Positions 30,072 to 38,681 of a DNA stretch of 64,000 nt are shown here, in pieces. The DNA lies in the NCBI GenBank assembly GCA_963707215.1, contig CAVPPB010000003.1, positions 672,001 to 736,000 of the forward strand, in the 5' to 3' direction. Both the position numbers and the translations under genes were made by a program. Source of the DNA: an uncultured Chloroflexia bacterium (GTDB lineage: Bacteria; Chloroflexota; Limnocylindria; Limnocylindrales; CSP1-4). Position 1 is the first letter of the stretch. The number at the start of each line of letters is the position of its first letter. A model generated the notes under the pieces. That model ran no database searches, was not told the origin of the DNA, and saw only the letters and a program-made list of their open reading frames with translations.

Positions 30072-31129
30072 GACGTTCCTCCGGCCGCCGTATCGGTCTC
30101 CGCAGCCCGCCGATCCGCGTCCCGGCGCTCCTCGCGCAGGCGCGCCAGGAGCCGGACAGGAGCGCCGGCATCGATGGCATCCACACCACGCGCGACGCCG
30201 CCGGCCAGGTCGTCGGCGACCCCGGCCGCGACGAATGCAGCCGCCGCGTTGAGCAGGACGGCATCGCGGTGCGGCCCCGTCGACCCGGTCAGGACGGCCT
30301 CCAGGCGGTCCGCGTTCTCCTCCGGACCGCCCCCGGCCAGGTCGGCGACCGACGACCGGCCCAGCCTGAGGGTCGAGGGGTCCACCGGGTACGTCTCGAT
30401 GCCGCCCGGGCGGACGTCGTGGACCATGCCGGACCCGTCGAGCGGCAGCTCGTCGACCCTGTCGCCGTGGACGACGAGCGTACGCTCGGTGCCGAGCCGT
30501 GCGGCGACCTCGGCCAGGCTGCCGGCGACCCGCGCGTCCCCCACTCCGAGCACCTGCCGGCGGACCCCGGCCGGGTTCGTCAGCGGCCCCAGCAGGTTGA
30601 AGGCGGTCCGGATCCCGAGCTCACGGCGGGTGGGGCCGGCGTGGCGCATCGCCGGGTGGAAGGCCGGCGCGAAGAGGAAGGCGAAGCCCGTATCGGCGAG
30701 CGCGGCCGCTGCCGAGTCGGGATCGTGATCGATCCGGACCCCCAGCGCATCCAGCACGTCCGCCGACCCCGAACGCGAGGTGATCGCCCGGTTGCCGTGC
30801 TTGGCGACGGGGATGCCGGCGGACGCCACCACCAGCGCCGCGGCCGTCGAGATGTTGATCGTGCCCGAGCGATCGCCGCCCGTCCCGACGACGTCGATGG
30901 CACCATCCGGGGCGATCACCCGCAGGACCCGGTCCCGCATCGCCCCGGCGAACCCGGCCAGCTCGTCGACCGTCTCGCCCCGCATCCGTAGCGCCACCAG
31001 CAGGGCAGCCAGCTGGGCCGGCGTGGCCTCGCCGTCCATGACCGCGCCCATCGCCGCGCGGGCCTCGTCCTGGGTCAGGCTGGTGCCGTCGACGACGATC
31101 GCCAGCGCCTCGCGGACGACGTCGCTCAT
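30068..31129 (-). CDS. trpD: Anthranilate phosphoribosyltransferase
   Basis: DVVGTGGD, NISTAA, KHGNRAITSRSGSADVL and FNLLGPLTNP motifs. Confidence 0.96.
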   Translation of the reverse strand: MSDVVREALAIVVDGTSLTQDEARAAMGAVMDGEATPAQLAALLVALRMRGETVDELAGFAGAMRDRVLRVIAPDGAIDVVGTGGDRSGTINISTAAALVVASAGIPVAKHGNRAITSRSGSADVLDALGVRIDHDPDSAAAALADTGFAFLFAPAFHPAMRHAGPTRRELGIRTAFNLLGPLTNPAGVRRQVLGVGDARVAGSLAEVAARLGTERTLVVHGDRVDELPLDGSGMVHDVRPGGIETYPVDPSTLRLGRSSVADLAGGGPEENADRLEAVLTGSTGPHRDAVLLNAAAAFVAAGVADDLAGGVARGVDAIDAGAPVRLLARLREERRDADRRAAETDTAAGGTS

Positions 31130-31797
31130 CGGCCGGCCTCCGCTGCCTCGAGCCCGCGGGTCGCGAACGAACCGCTGGCCGCGTCCAGCGTCGCGGCCTC
31201 GCCGTCGCCGGCCTGGCGGAGGAAGTTGGCCAGCAGGTGGGGCCCATCCGGGGTGAGGACCGACTCCGGGTGGAACTGGACGCCCTCGAGCGGCAGGTCG
31301 ACGTGGCGGATACCCATGACGACGCGGTCCTCCTCGCTCATCGCGGTGACCCGGAACTCTTCGGGGAGGGTCGCCGGGTCCACGCAGAGGGAGTGGTAGC
31401 GGGCGGCCTGGAAGGCCGGGGGCATCCCGGCCAGCAGACCGGCCCCATCGTGGGTGACCTCCGAGGCCTCGCCGTGGACGAGGGTCGGGGCCCGCTCGAT
31501 CGTGGCCCCGTAGGCGGCCGCCATCGCCTGCATGCCCAGGCAGACCCCCAGGACCGGGATCCGCCGCTCGGCGGCGACGCGGACGGCCTCGATCGAGACG
31601 CCAGCTCCCCGGGGATCGCCGGGGCCTGGCGAGATGACGATCCCCCGGAGGCCGGCCTGCGGATCGTCGGCCAGCGCCTCGACGCCGGCCCGGTCGATCG
31701 CGTCGTTGCGGACGACCCGAACCTCTGCCCCGGCCGCCTCGAGCGCCTGGACCAGGTTGAAGGTGAAGCTGTCGTAGTTGTCGACGACGAGGATCAC
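31126..31797 (-). CDS. trpG: Anthranilate synthase component II (glutamine amidotransferase)
   Basis: DNYDSFTFNL, ISPGPG, GVCLG, RYHSL and QFHPES motifs. Confidence 0.95.
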   Translation of the reverse strand: MILVVDNYDSFTFNLVQALEAAGAEVRVVRNDAIDRAGVEALADDPQAGLRGIVISPGPGDPRGAGVSIEAVRVAAERRIPVLGVCLGMQAMAAAYGATIERAPTLVHGEASEVTHDGAGLLAGMPPAFQAARYHSLCVDPATLPEEFRVTAMSEEDRVVMGIRHVDLPLEGVQFHPESVLTPDGPHLLANFLRQAGDGEAATLDAASGSFATRGLEAAEAGR

Positions 31798-33416
31798 GTC
31801 GCGTCACCTTCGGCCGACGGCGGGGACTCCTGCTCGTCGGCGGTCGTGCCCCCTCGAGGGCGGACGGCGCCGACCTCGGCAGCCAGCTCGATGGCCCGGC
31901 GCAGCGCGGCGGCCTTGTGCTCGGTCTCCTCGAACTCGAGCTCGGGCACGCTGCCCTTGACGATGCCCGCGCCGGTGTGGACGTGGACCCGGTCGCCGCG
32001 CAGGACGGCACTCCGGATCGTGATCGCCGTGTCGAGATTGCCGTCGTAGCCGAGGTACCCGACCGCCCCGCCGTAGAGCCCGCGCCGCTCGCGCTCGGCG
32101 GCGGCGATCAGCTGCATCGCCCGGATCTTCGGCGCCCCGGACAGCGTCCCGGCCGGGAAGACCGCCCGGAGGGCGTCCAGCGCGTCGGCCTCGGCGCGGA
32201 GCCGGCCCTCGACGTGGCTCACGAGATGGAGGACGTGGCTGTACCGCTCGACCTCCATGTACTTCGTCACGGCGACCGTGCCTGGGCGGGCGACCCGACC
32301 CAGGTCGTTGCGACCCAGGTCGACGAGCATGACGTGCTCGGCCCGCTCCTTGGGGTCGCGCTTGAGCTGCTCGGCGAGGAGATCGTCTTCGACCGGCGTC
32401 GCGCCGCGCGGCCGTGTGCCGGCGATGGGATGGGTCGTCATCCTGTCGCCGACGACCTGGAGGAGCAGCTCGGGCGACGCGCCGACGACCTCCAGCTCCG
32501 GCAGGCGGACGAAGAATAGGTACGGGCTGGGATTGACCCGCCGCAGGGCACGGTAGATCGCCACCCCGTCGAGCCGCCGTCCGGCGGCATCGACCGGCAC
32601 GTCGAAGGACTGGCGGCGGGCCAGCACGACCTGGATCGCCTCCCCAGCCGCGATGGCGTCCTTGGCGCTCTCGACGGCGCGGATGTACTCGTCGCGGCCC
32701 AGGCTGGCGTCTCCCTCGCGGAGGGTCGCCCGGGGCCCGGTCGCGACGCCGGCCCCACCGAGCTCGGCGGCGGACGGTCGCGAGGTCCGCTCGAGCGCGT
32801 CGAAGACGGCCCGCTCGGCGATCCGGTAGCGTCCCTCGAGGTCGGACGCCTCCGTGTGGAGCGAGGCGATCGCCGACAGCTCGTGGGTCAGGTGGTCGAA
32901 GACCAGGACGAGGTCGGTCTCAAGGAACGCGACGAGCGGGACCCCGACCGGGTCGGCCGACGGCGCCACCACGGTCGGCTCGAACGAGCTGACGGCGTCG
33001 TAGGCGAGCGCCCCGACGGCGCCACCCGTGAAGCGGGGCATCCCCTCGACCGGCACGACCCGCCGGCGCGGGTTGAAGGCCCGCAGCGTGGCAAGGGGAT
33101 CCGGAGCCTCGCTCTCGTCGATCGGCAGGCCGGGGTCGTAGCGGTCGACGGTCACGGGCCGGGTCTGGGTCCGCACCGCGGTCCCACGGACCTCGAGCAG
33201 CCGCCGCGGCCCGACGCCGAGGAACGAGTAACGGCCGAGACGCTCCCCTCCCTCGACGGACTCGAGGAGGAACGCCGGGCCGCCGTCGTCCAGGCGAAGG
33301 AACGCCCCGATCGGCGTCTCGAGATCGGCCGGCCGCGAGGCGCGCAGCAGGATGGTGTCGGCGCTGCCGGCGAGACGCTTGGCCTCGGCCAGGCTGAGCG
33401 GATCGGCCATGGTCAT
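31794..33416 (-). CDS. trpE: Anthranilate synthase component I
   Basis: LLESVEGGE..GRYS, NPSPY, PIAGTRPR, EHVMLVDLGRND and GTLSGAPK; start moved to ATG 33416, downstream of the T-box. Confidence 0.95.
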   Translation of the reverse strand: MTMADPLSLAEAKRLAGSADTILLRASRPADLETPIGAFLRLDDGGPAFLLESVEGGERLGRYSFLGVGPRRLLEVRGTAVRTQTRPVTVDRYDPGLPIDESEAPDPLATLRAFNPRRRVVPVEGMPRFTGGAVGALAYDAVSSFEPTVVAPSADPVGVPLVAFLETDLVLVFDHLTHELSAIASLHTEASDLEGRYRIAERAVFDALERTSRPSAAELGGAGVATGPRATLREGDASLGRDEYIRAVESAKDAIAAGEAIQVVLARRQSFDVPVDAAGRRLDGVAIYRALRRVNPSPYLFFVRLPELEVVGASPELLLQVVGDRMTTHPIAGTRPRGATPVEDDLLAEQLKRDPKERAEHVMLVDLGRNDLGRVARPGTVAVTKYMEVERYSHVLHLVSHVEGRLRAEADALDALRAVFPAGTLSGAPKIRAMQLIAAAERERRGLYGGAVGYLGYDGNLDTAITIRSAVLRGDRVHVHTGAGIVKGSVPELEFEETEHKAAALRRAIELAAEVGAVRPRGGTTADEQESPPSAEGDAT

Positions 33417-33461
33417 CTGGTGCGTGGTCTCCGAGCTGCGGCCAGGGGTCGGCCCCGGTGA

Positions 33462-33760
33462 ATCAAGAACGACCGTCGTCCTCCCGGGACGAACGGTCGT
33501 GACCGTCCGCGGTGCCACCCTCGTTCGGCGGATGCCGCACTCTTCGACCGACGGGCCGCTGGGCGGCCGATCGGCGCTGCCGCTATCGCTGGCGCCTGCG
33601 CCGGAGCCTACTTTTCGTCCGTCGGTCGCCGCTGGCGGCCGACCCCGCGTTCGGTCCGGAGGCTCCCGGGTCCATTCGCCGCCGCCGCCGTCCCGGCTCG
33701 CACCAGCCGCCGGGTCTCTGGATCGGCCTGCGTCGGGTACTCGTCCCGTTCACAGCCACG
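33462..33760 (-). ncRNA. T-box riboswitch with Trp (UGG) specifier
   Basis: Stem I GCTGTGAAC..GAGTA..CAGAGA..GCTGGTG..GAA-TGG (33672-33674); T-box GAGGGTGGCACCGCGG (33507-33522); terminator ACGACCGTTCGTCC/GGACGACGGTCGT-TCTT. Confidence 0.92.
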
Positions 33761-33779
33761 TCTTCGTGATGTGGGCGGG

Positions 33780-33809
33780 AGTCTAGGCGCGGCCCGCCCG
33801 GAGCGTCAA
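33780..33809 (-). promoter_or_regulatory. sigma70-type promoter of the trp operon
   Basis: TTGACG-N18-TAGACT. Confidence 0.7.
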
Positions 33810-33819
33810 GCGCAGCGGC

Positions 33820-34086
33820 TCAGGAGAAGACCCGCGAGCAGGCGAAGCAGTACGTCCAGGCGTCGTTGGGTGCCGCGCTCCGGATGAGGGCGTGGTCGGT
33901 CGCCTGCCAGTGCCCGCGCGCGTGACGGTTCGGGGAGTCGTCGCAGCAGGCTGTCTCCCCGCAGACGAGACACTGCCGGAGATTGACCCAGCTGCTGCCG
34001 GTCTCGACACAGGACGAGCAGACATCGCTCGGCGCGGGCACTTCCCGGGCGCTCGGGGCGTGGGGACAGTCGACGGCCATGTTCAT
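33820..34086 (-). CDS. UBP-type zinc finger domain protein
   Basis: CxH..CxxC..WVNLRQCLVCG..CCDDSPNRHARGH..W.YC pattern. Confidence 0.88.
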   Translation of the reverse strand: MNMAVDCPHAPSAREVPAPSDVCSSCVETGSSWVNLRQCLVCGETACCDDSPNRHARGHWQATDHALIRSAAPNDAWTYCFACSRVFS

Positions 34087-34208
34087 GACTCCCTGTGATC
34101 CGCGTGGACCGCGCCGCGGTCGGTCCTCGGTGACCGATCCCAGGCACGACGCCGGCAGCCACCATACCGCGCCGCCCCGGCATGAGCACGGTGGCCCATC
34201 GTCGACGG

Positions 34209-34538
34209 TCAGGCGCTCCGCTTCCGAGGGCGGCCACGCCGATCCCGACGCTCCTCGGTCATCAGCCCGATCGCGAAGCCGTCGCCATGCTTGCGGATGG
34301 CGATCTCCTTGCCCTGCTCGCGGGCCACGCGCTGGAGGCGGCTCCGGACGGTCAAGGGCCGCTCGCCGGGTTCGAGGTCGACCTGGAAGACCTGACTGGT
34401 GTCGGTCAGCTCGGCGACGACGCCACGAAGCTTCTCGACCTCTTCGCGCCGTTTGATGGTCTCCGGGCTGAGTGGCCGCGTGCGCGCCGTTTTGACGCTC
34501 AGGATGGATGGATCGCTCAACGGCTTGATCTTCGTCAT
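34209..34538 (-). CDS. Small basic hypothetical protein with C-terminal AT-hook-like motif (RRGRPRK)
   Basis: SD GGAGG before ATG 34538; 109 aa. Confidence 0.7.
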   Translation of the reverse strand: MTKIKPLSDPSILSVKTARTRPLSPETIKRREEVEKLRGVVAELTDTSQVFQVDLEPGERPLTVRSRLQRVAREQGKEIAIRKHGDGFAIGLMTEERRDRRGRPRKRSA

Positions 34539-34650
34539 CTGGGCCTCCGGATATCGATCGAGGTCAGCATTTCGGGTCGCTGCGTGGATGCGCCGCAATC
34601 GAAGGATAGCCGTCGAGCGGAGGATGGCACATGCCGGCAGGGATCAGCGA

Positions 34651-34738
34651 TGGCGGAGAGGGTGGGATTCGAACCCACGGAGGCTCTCGCCTCAGCGGTT
34701 TTCAAGACCGCCGCAATCGACCGCTCTGCCACCTCTCC
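34651..34738 (-). tRNA. tRNA-Ser (anticodon TGA)
   Basis: GGAGAGGTGGCAGAGCGGTCGATTGCG GCGGT CT-TGA-AA ACCGC, long variable arm, GTTCGAATC, CCA. Confidence 0.96.
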
Positions 34739-34769
34739 GCGACGGCCAGCATACGGTACCGTGCGGGGC

Positions 34770-35537
34770 ATGCAGGCCGACCGCCCCGCCTCGCTCGCCA
34801 TCCCCGGAGGCGCGCTCGTGACGGGTGCGGCCAGCGGGATCGGGCGGGCCATCGCCCGCCGCCTGGCTGCCGACGGGATCGTCGTCGGCGCCCTCGACAT
34901 CGTGCCGGCCGGGCTCGAGGCGACGGTCCGCGCGATCGAGGCGGAAGACGGGCGCGCCGTCGCCCTGCCGGCCGACGTCAGCGACCCGATCCGGGTCCGG
35001 GCCGCCGTCGCCGAGCTGGCCCGGGTCGCCGGCTCGAGCCCGCTCATCGCGATCCACGCGGCCGGGATCCCCGGCCGGGGCACGTTCCTCGAGACCGACG
35101 AGGGCCAGTGGGACCGGGTCCTGGCCGTCCACGTCCGCGGCGCCGAGGCGGTCGCCCGGGCGACGTTGCCGGCCATGCTCGAAGCCGGCTGGGGACGGCT
35201 GATCCTCATCGGCTCGGATGCCGCCATGACCGGCGCCGCGACGGTCCCCTACGCGACCGCGAAGGCAGCCATGGTCGGCATGACCCGGTCGCTCGCCCGA
35301 GAGGTCGCGGCGGCCGGGGTCCGGGTCAACCTCGTGGCACCGGGCCCGGTCGAGACGCCGATGCTCCTCCACGGCACCCCCGGGCAACTCGAGGCCGAGC
35401 TGGCCTTGGTCGCTCGTGGCTCGTTCCTGGCCCCCGAGGAGATCGCCGAGACGGTCGCCTTCCTCTGCGGCCCCGGCGGCGAGCCCTTCGTCGGCCAGGT
35501 GATCTCGCCGAACGGCGGCACGGCCTTCGCCGGCTAG
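34770..35537 (+). CDS. SDR family oxidoreductase
   Basis: TGAASGIG, YATAK, NLVAPGP and PNGG motifs. Confidence 0.9.
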   Translation: MQADRPASLAIPGGALVTGAASGIGRAIARRLAADGIVVGALDIVPAGLEATVRAIEAEDGRAVALPADVSDPIRVRAAVAELARVAGSSPLIAIHAAGIPGRGTFLETDEGQWDRVLAVHVRGAEAVARATLPAMLEAGWGRLILIGSDAAMTGAATVPYATAKAAMVGMTRSLAREVAAAGVRVNLVAPGPVETPMLLHGTPGQLEAELALVARGSFLAPEEIAETVAFLCGPGGEPFVGQVISPNGGTAFAG

Positions 35538-35596
35538 CCCTCGCCGCGTCGTCGCCTGCGCCGAGACTCCGACCCGGGCGTCCGACGCGCCTCCCC

Positions 35597-36574
35597 TCAG
35601 AAGGCGAGGTTGCGTGGCTCGGCCAGGAGGATCGCCTCGGCCTCGTGGAAGACCCGGTTCATCGCGGCTGTCTCGACGTAGGTCATGAAGAGCCGATCGA
35701 CCGGGACGTCCTGGCGATAGAGGGCAGCCACCCGTGACGCCGGCCCACCGTCGAAGAGACTCTCGGCCACGGCCCGGTCGAAGGTCGTCGAGACGAACGT
35801 CCGGGCCGGGTGCCGTCGGAGCTCGGACTCCGAAGCGATCGCTCGCCACACTCGGACCGTCTCGTGACCGGCAGCCCGGTACAGGGCCCGGACGAAGCCC
35901 AGCCGGGCCAGGATGTGCTCGGCCCGCCGATCCTCCGACCAGGCTCCCTCGAACGTGGTCGGGTCCCGGACGATCTTGCCGTCGTAGGGGACGAGCCCGA
36001 GTCGGGCGATGACGATCCGGTGGCCCTTCACGAGCTCCCCGCTCGATGGGTTCGAGACGTAGCGATCGGCGAACGCCGCCTCGAGGTCGCCGACGCCTCG
36101 GCCGGAGAGATACCGCTCCAGCCGCTCCCAGATGCCCGGGTCACCGGTCCGTGCGTCCAGATCGAGCCCGACCGGTCGGTCGCGAAGCGCGACGGCGGCC
36201 GACCGCTCCTCGTCGGCGAGCCGACGACGGGTGCGGGCCCTGGGCCCCGGGTCGACCGCGACCCGGAATGGTCGGTCGAAGCGCTCGACGGCCGCTCGCA
36301 GCCGGTCCACCGCGGCATCGTCGAGTCGGGCGGACCCCTGCTCGAACTGGAAGTGACCGACCCGCTCCAGCTCCAGCATCCAGCGGGCGCCGACGTCTTC
36401 GAACGCCAGCACCTCTAGGACCCAGCTGCCGATCGCCTCCTCGATCGCGACCACGCGGATCGGCGTCCGACGGCCATCGAGCATCCGGCCGCGGTTGCCG
36501 ACCACCAGGAGGGCGAGCTCGCCGGGCTCGTAGGCGCTGTCGGGGGCCTGGTCCGGGTCCCGTCTGTGGATCAT
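35597..36574 (-). CDS. Hypothetical protein; C-terminal domain with R-S-E ADP-ribosyltransferase-like motif order
   Basis: VRVWRA...FVSTTF...HEAEAILL. Confidence 0.6.
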   Translation of the reverse strand: MIHRRDPDQAPDSAYEPGELALLVVGNRGRMLDGRRTPIRVVAIEEAIGSWVLEVLAFEDVGARWMLELERVGHFQFEQGSARLDDAAVDRLRAAVERFDRPFRVAVDPGPRARTRRRLADEERSAAVALRDRPVGLDLDARTGDPGIWERLERYLSGRGVGDLEAAFADRYVSNPSSGELVKGHRIVIARLGLVPYDGKIVRDPTTFEGAWSEDRRAEHILARLGFVRALYRAAGHETVRVWRAIASESELRRHPARTFVSTTFDRAVAESLFDGGPASRVAALYRQDVPVDRLFMTYVETAAMNRVFHEAEAILLAEPRNLAF

Positions 36575-36682
36575 CGGCCCGGCCGCGACCCGATGGGCTC
36601 GGGACCAGGGCCAGGATCGCCGCGCCACGATCGGATCGGGCGATCTCGGGCCACCGACCCGGTCATCCGGTCGGACCGGGTC

Positions 36683-37267
36683 CTAGCGGTCCTCCTGCAC
36701 GACGATGGTGCCAGCGATGAGGTCGTGCCAGCCGCGTCGTCGCGAGTCGACGAAGATCCAGATGAAGCCGATGTAGAAGACGAAGCTGTTGATCCAGTAG
36801 CCGATCAACCGGAGGACGGCCTGGCCACCGCTGATCGGGCCCCCGTCGCGGTCCCGGACGACACGAAGGCCGAAGAGACGCATCCCGGGCGTCTGGCCGC
36901 TCCGCCACCAGAACCATGGGAAGTAGCCCAGGCTGATGACGAAGATAAGGGCGAAGATCGCCACGAACGAGATGCCGGCGAAGAAGTCCATCCCCATCGA
37001 GGCCAGGAGGACCCCGATGACTCCGAGGACGAGCGACGCGGCCATGGCGATCACGAAGGCCAGGATCCCGTCGATGATGTAGGCGACGAGGCGACCGCCA
37101 TAGCCACCGTACTGGAGGCCCGGCGCAGGTCCGGTCGGTTCCGTGGGAGTGGCCCAGGCGCTCGCCTGCGGCGGCTGGGCCGGCGGTGGCTCGGTCGAGG
37201 CCGCTGCGGACGGCTGGACGGGCTCCGGCGCGGCGGCCGGAGGCTGCTGGGCGGGCTGCTGATCCAT
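36683..37267 (-). CDS. RDD family membrane protein with Pro/Gln-rich N-terminus
   Basis: GRLVAYIID, GQTPGMRLFGLRVV and RRGWHDLIAGT motifs. Confidence 0.9.
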   Translation of the reverse strand: MDQQPAQQPPAAAPEPVQPSAAASTEPPPAQPPQASAWATPTEPTGPAPGLQYGGYGGRLVAYIIDGILAFVIAMAASLVLGVIGVLLASMGMDFFAGISFVAIFALIFVISLGYFPWFWWRSGQTPGMRLFGLRVVRDRDGGPISGGQAVLRLIGYWINSFVFYIGFIWIFVDSRRRGWHDLIAGTIVVQEDR

Positions 37268-37364
37268 CGTTCCCTCCAAGGACGTCGACTCGGTGCCTCC
37301 CCGATGGTAGCGGGCCGGATGGCCGCCGGAAGGGCCCCCGTGCGGGGATCCCCCCTGGCCGGCG

Positions 37365-38681
37365 TCAGCGCTGCTCGATGACCTCCCGGCCGCCCATGTA
37401 TCGGCGCAGGACCTCGGGGATGACGACCGAACCGTCGGGCTGCTGGTACGTCTCCAGGATCGCAGCGACGGTCCGCGGGAGCGCCAGCCCGGAGCCATTG
37501 AGGGTGTGGACGAGCTCCGGCTTGGCGCCCGGCTCCGGGCGGTGACGGATCGCCATGCGGCGAGCCTGGTAGTCCCGGAAGTTCGAGCACGAACTGACCT
37601 CGAGCCAGCGCTCGACGCCGGGCGCCCAGACCTCCAGGTCGTACTTCTTGGCCTGGACGAAGCCCATCTCGCCGGTGCTCATGAGCAGCACCCGGTAGGC
37701 CAGCCCGAGCCGCTGGAGGAGGACCTCGGCGCGCGCCGTCATCCACTCGAGCGCGGCATCGGAGTCGGCCGGCCGCTCGAAGAGGACCATCTCGACCTTG
37801 TCGAACTGGTGGACCCGGAGGATGCCCCGGGTGTCCTTGCCCGCCGCCCCGGCCTCCCGCCGGAAGCACGGGCTGTAGGCCGCGTAGCGGATCGGCAGGG
37901 CGTCCGGTTCGAGGATCTCGTCGCGATGGAGGTTGGTGACCGGGACCTCGGCCGTCGGGACCAGGTAGAGGTCGTCGCGGGTGACGACGTACATCTGGTC
38001 TTCCTTGTCGGGGATCTGGCCGGTCCCCCGGGCGCTCGCCTCGTTGACGACGACCGGCGGCCAGACCTCGACGAACCCGTGCTCACGAGTGTGGACGTCG
38101 AGGAACCAGGCGATCAGCGCCCGCTGGAGCGCCGAGCCGGCGCCGAGGTAGACCGGGAAGCCAGAGCCGGCGATCTTGGCGCCACGCGGGTTGTCGATGA
38201 TCCCGAGGGCCTCCGCCAGCTCCCAGTGCGGGCGACGCCCCCAGCTGCCGGCCGGGTCGCCTCCATGGGGCAAGGGATCGCCCCAGGTCCGTACGACGAG
38301 ATTCGCCTCCTCGCCACCGACCGGGACCCCGGGGTCGGCCGGGTTCGGGATGCGCAGGAGGAGGTCCTCGAGCTCGGCTTCCAGCTCGGCGACCGCGGCG
38401 TCGGCCGCCTCGATCCGACCGCCGAGCCCGCTCGACTCTGCCCGCAGCCGGTCGACCTCCGGATCCGACTTCGGGTCGGCCCCGCCGCGGATCCGCGCCC
38501 CGATCGCTTCCGAGAGCTCGTTCCGACGCGCCTTGAGGGTGTCCCGGTCGGCCTGCTGCCGGCGGCGCTCCGCGTCGAGGGTCACGGCCCGGTCGACCAG
38601 CGAGGGATCCTCGCCCTTGTCGATGGCGCCCTGGCGGACGCGCTCGGCGTCCTCTCGGATGCGCTGCAGGCCGACGCTCAT
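37365..38681 (-). CDS. serS: Serine--tRNA ligase
   Basis: PTAEVP, CFRREAG, RVHQFDKVE, EVSSCSN and HTLNGSGLA motifs. Confidence 0.97.
   Translation of the reverse strand: MSVGLQRIREDAERVRQGAIDKGEDPSLVDRAVTLDAERRRQQADRDTLKARRNELSEAIGARIRGGADPKSDPEVDRLRAESSGLGGRIEAADAAVAELEAELEDLLLRIPNPADPGVPVGGEEANLVVRTWGDPLPHGGDPAGSWGRRPHWELAEALGIIDNPRGAKIAGSGFPVYLGAGSALQRALIAWFLDVHTREHGFVEVWPPVVVNEASARGTGQIPDKEDQMYVVTRDDLYLVPTAEVPVTNLHRDEILEPDALPIRYAAYSPCFRREAGAAGKDTRGILRVHQFDKVEMVLFERPADSDAALEWMTARAEVLLQRLGLAYRVLLMSTGEMGFVQAKKYDLEVWAPGVERWLEVSSCSNFRDYQARRMAIRHRPEPGAKPELVHTLNGSGLALPRTVAAILETYQQPDGSVVIPEVLRRYMGGREVIEQR

Noticed and set aside
33820-34738. Mobile element at tRNA-Ser(TGA)
   Set aside because: Only two small genes lie downstream; no recombinase or att repeat
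34651-34738. Selenocysteine or suppressor tRNA (TGA in the loop)
   Set aside because: TGA is the anticodon, which reads UCA (Ser); tRNA-Sec would have anticodon TCA
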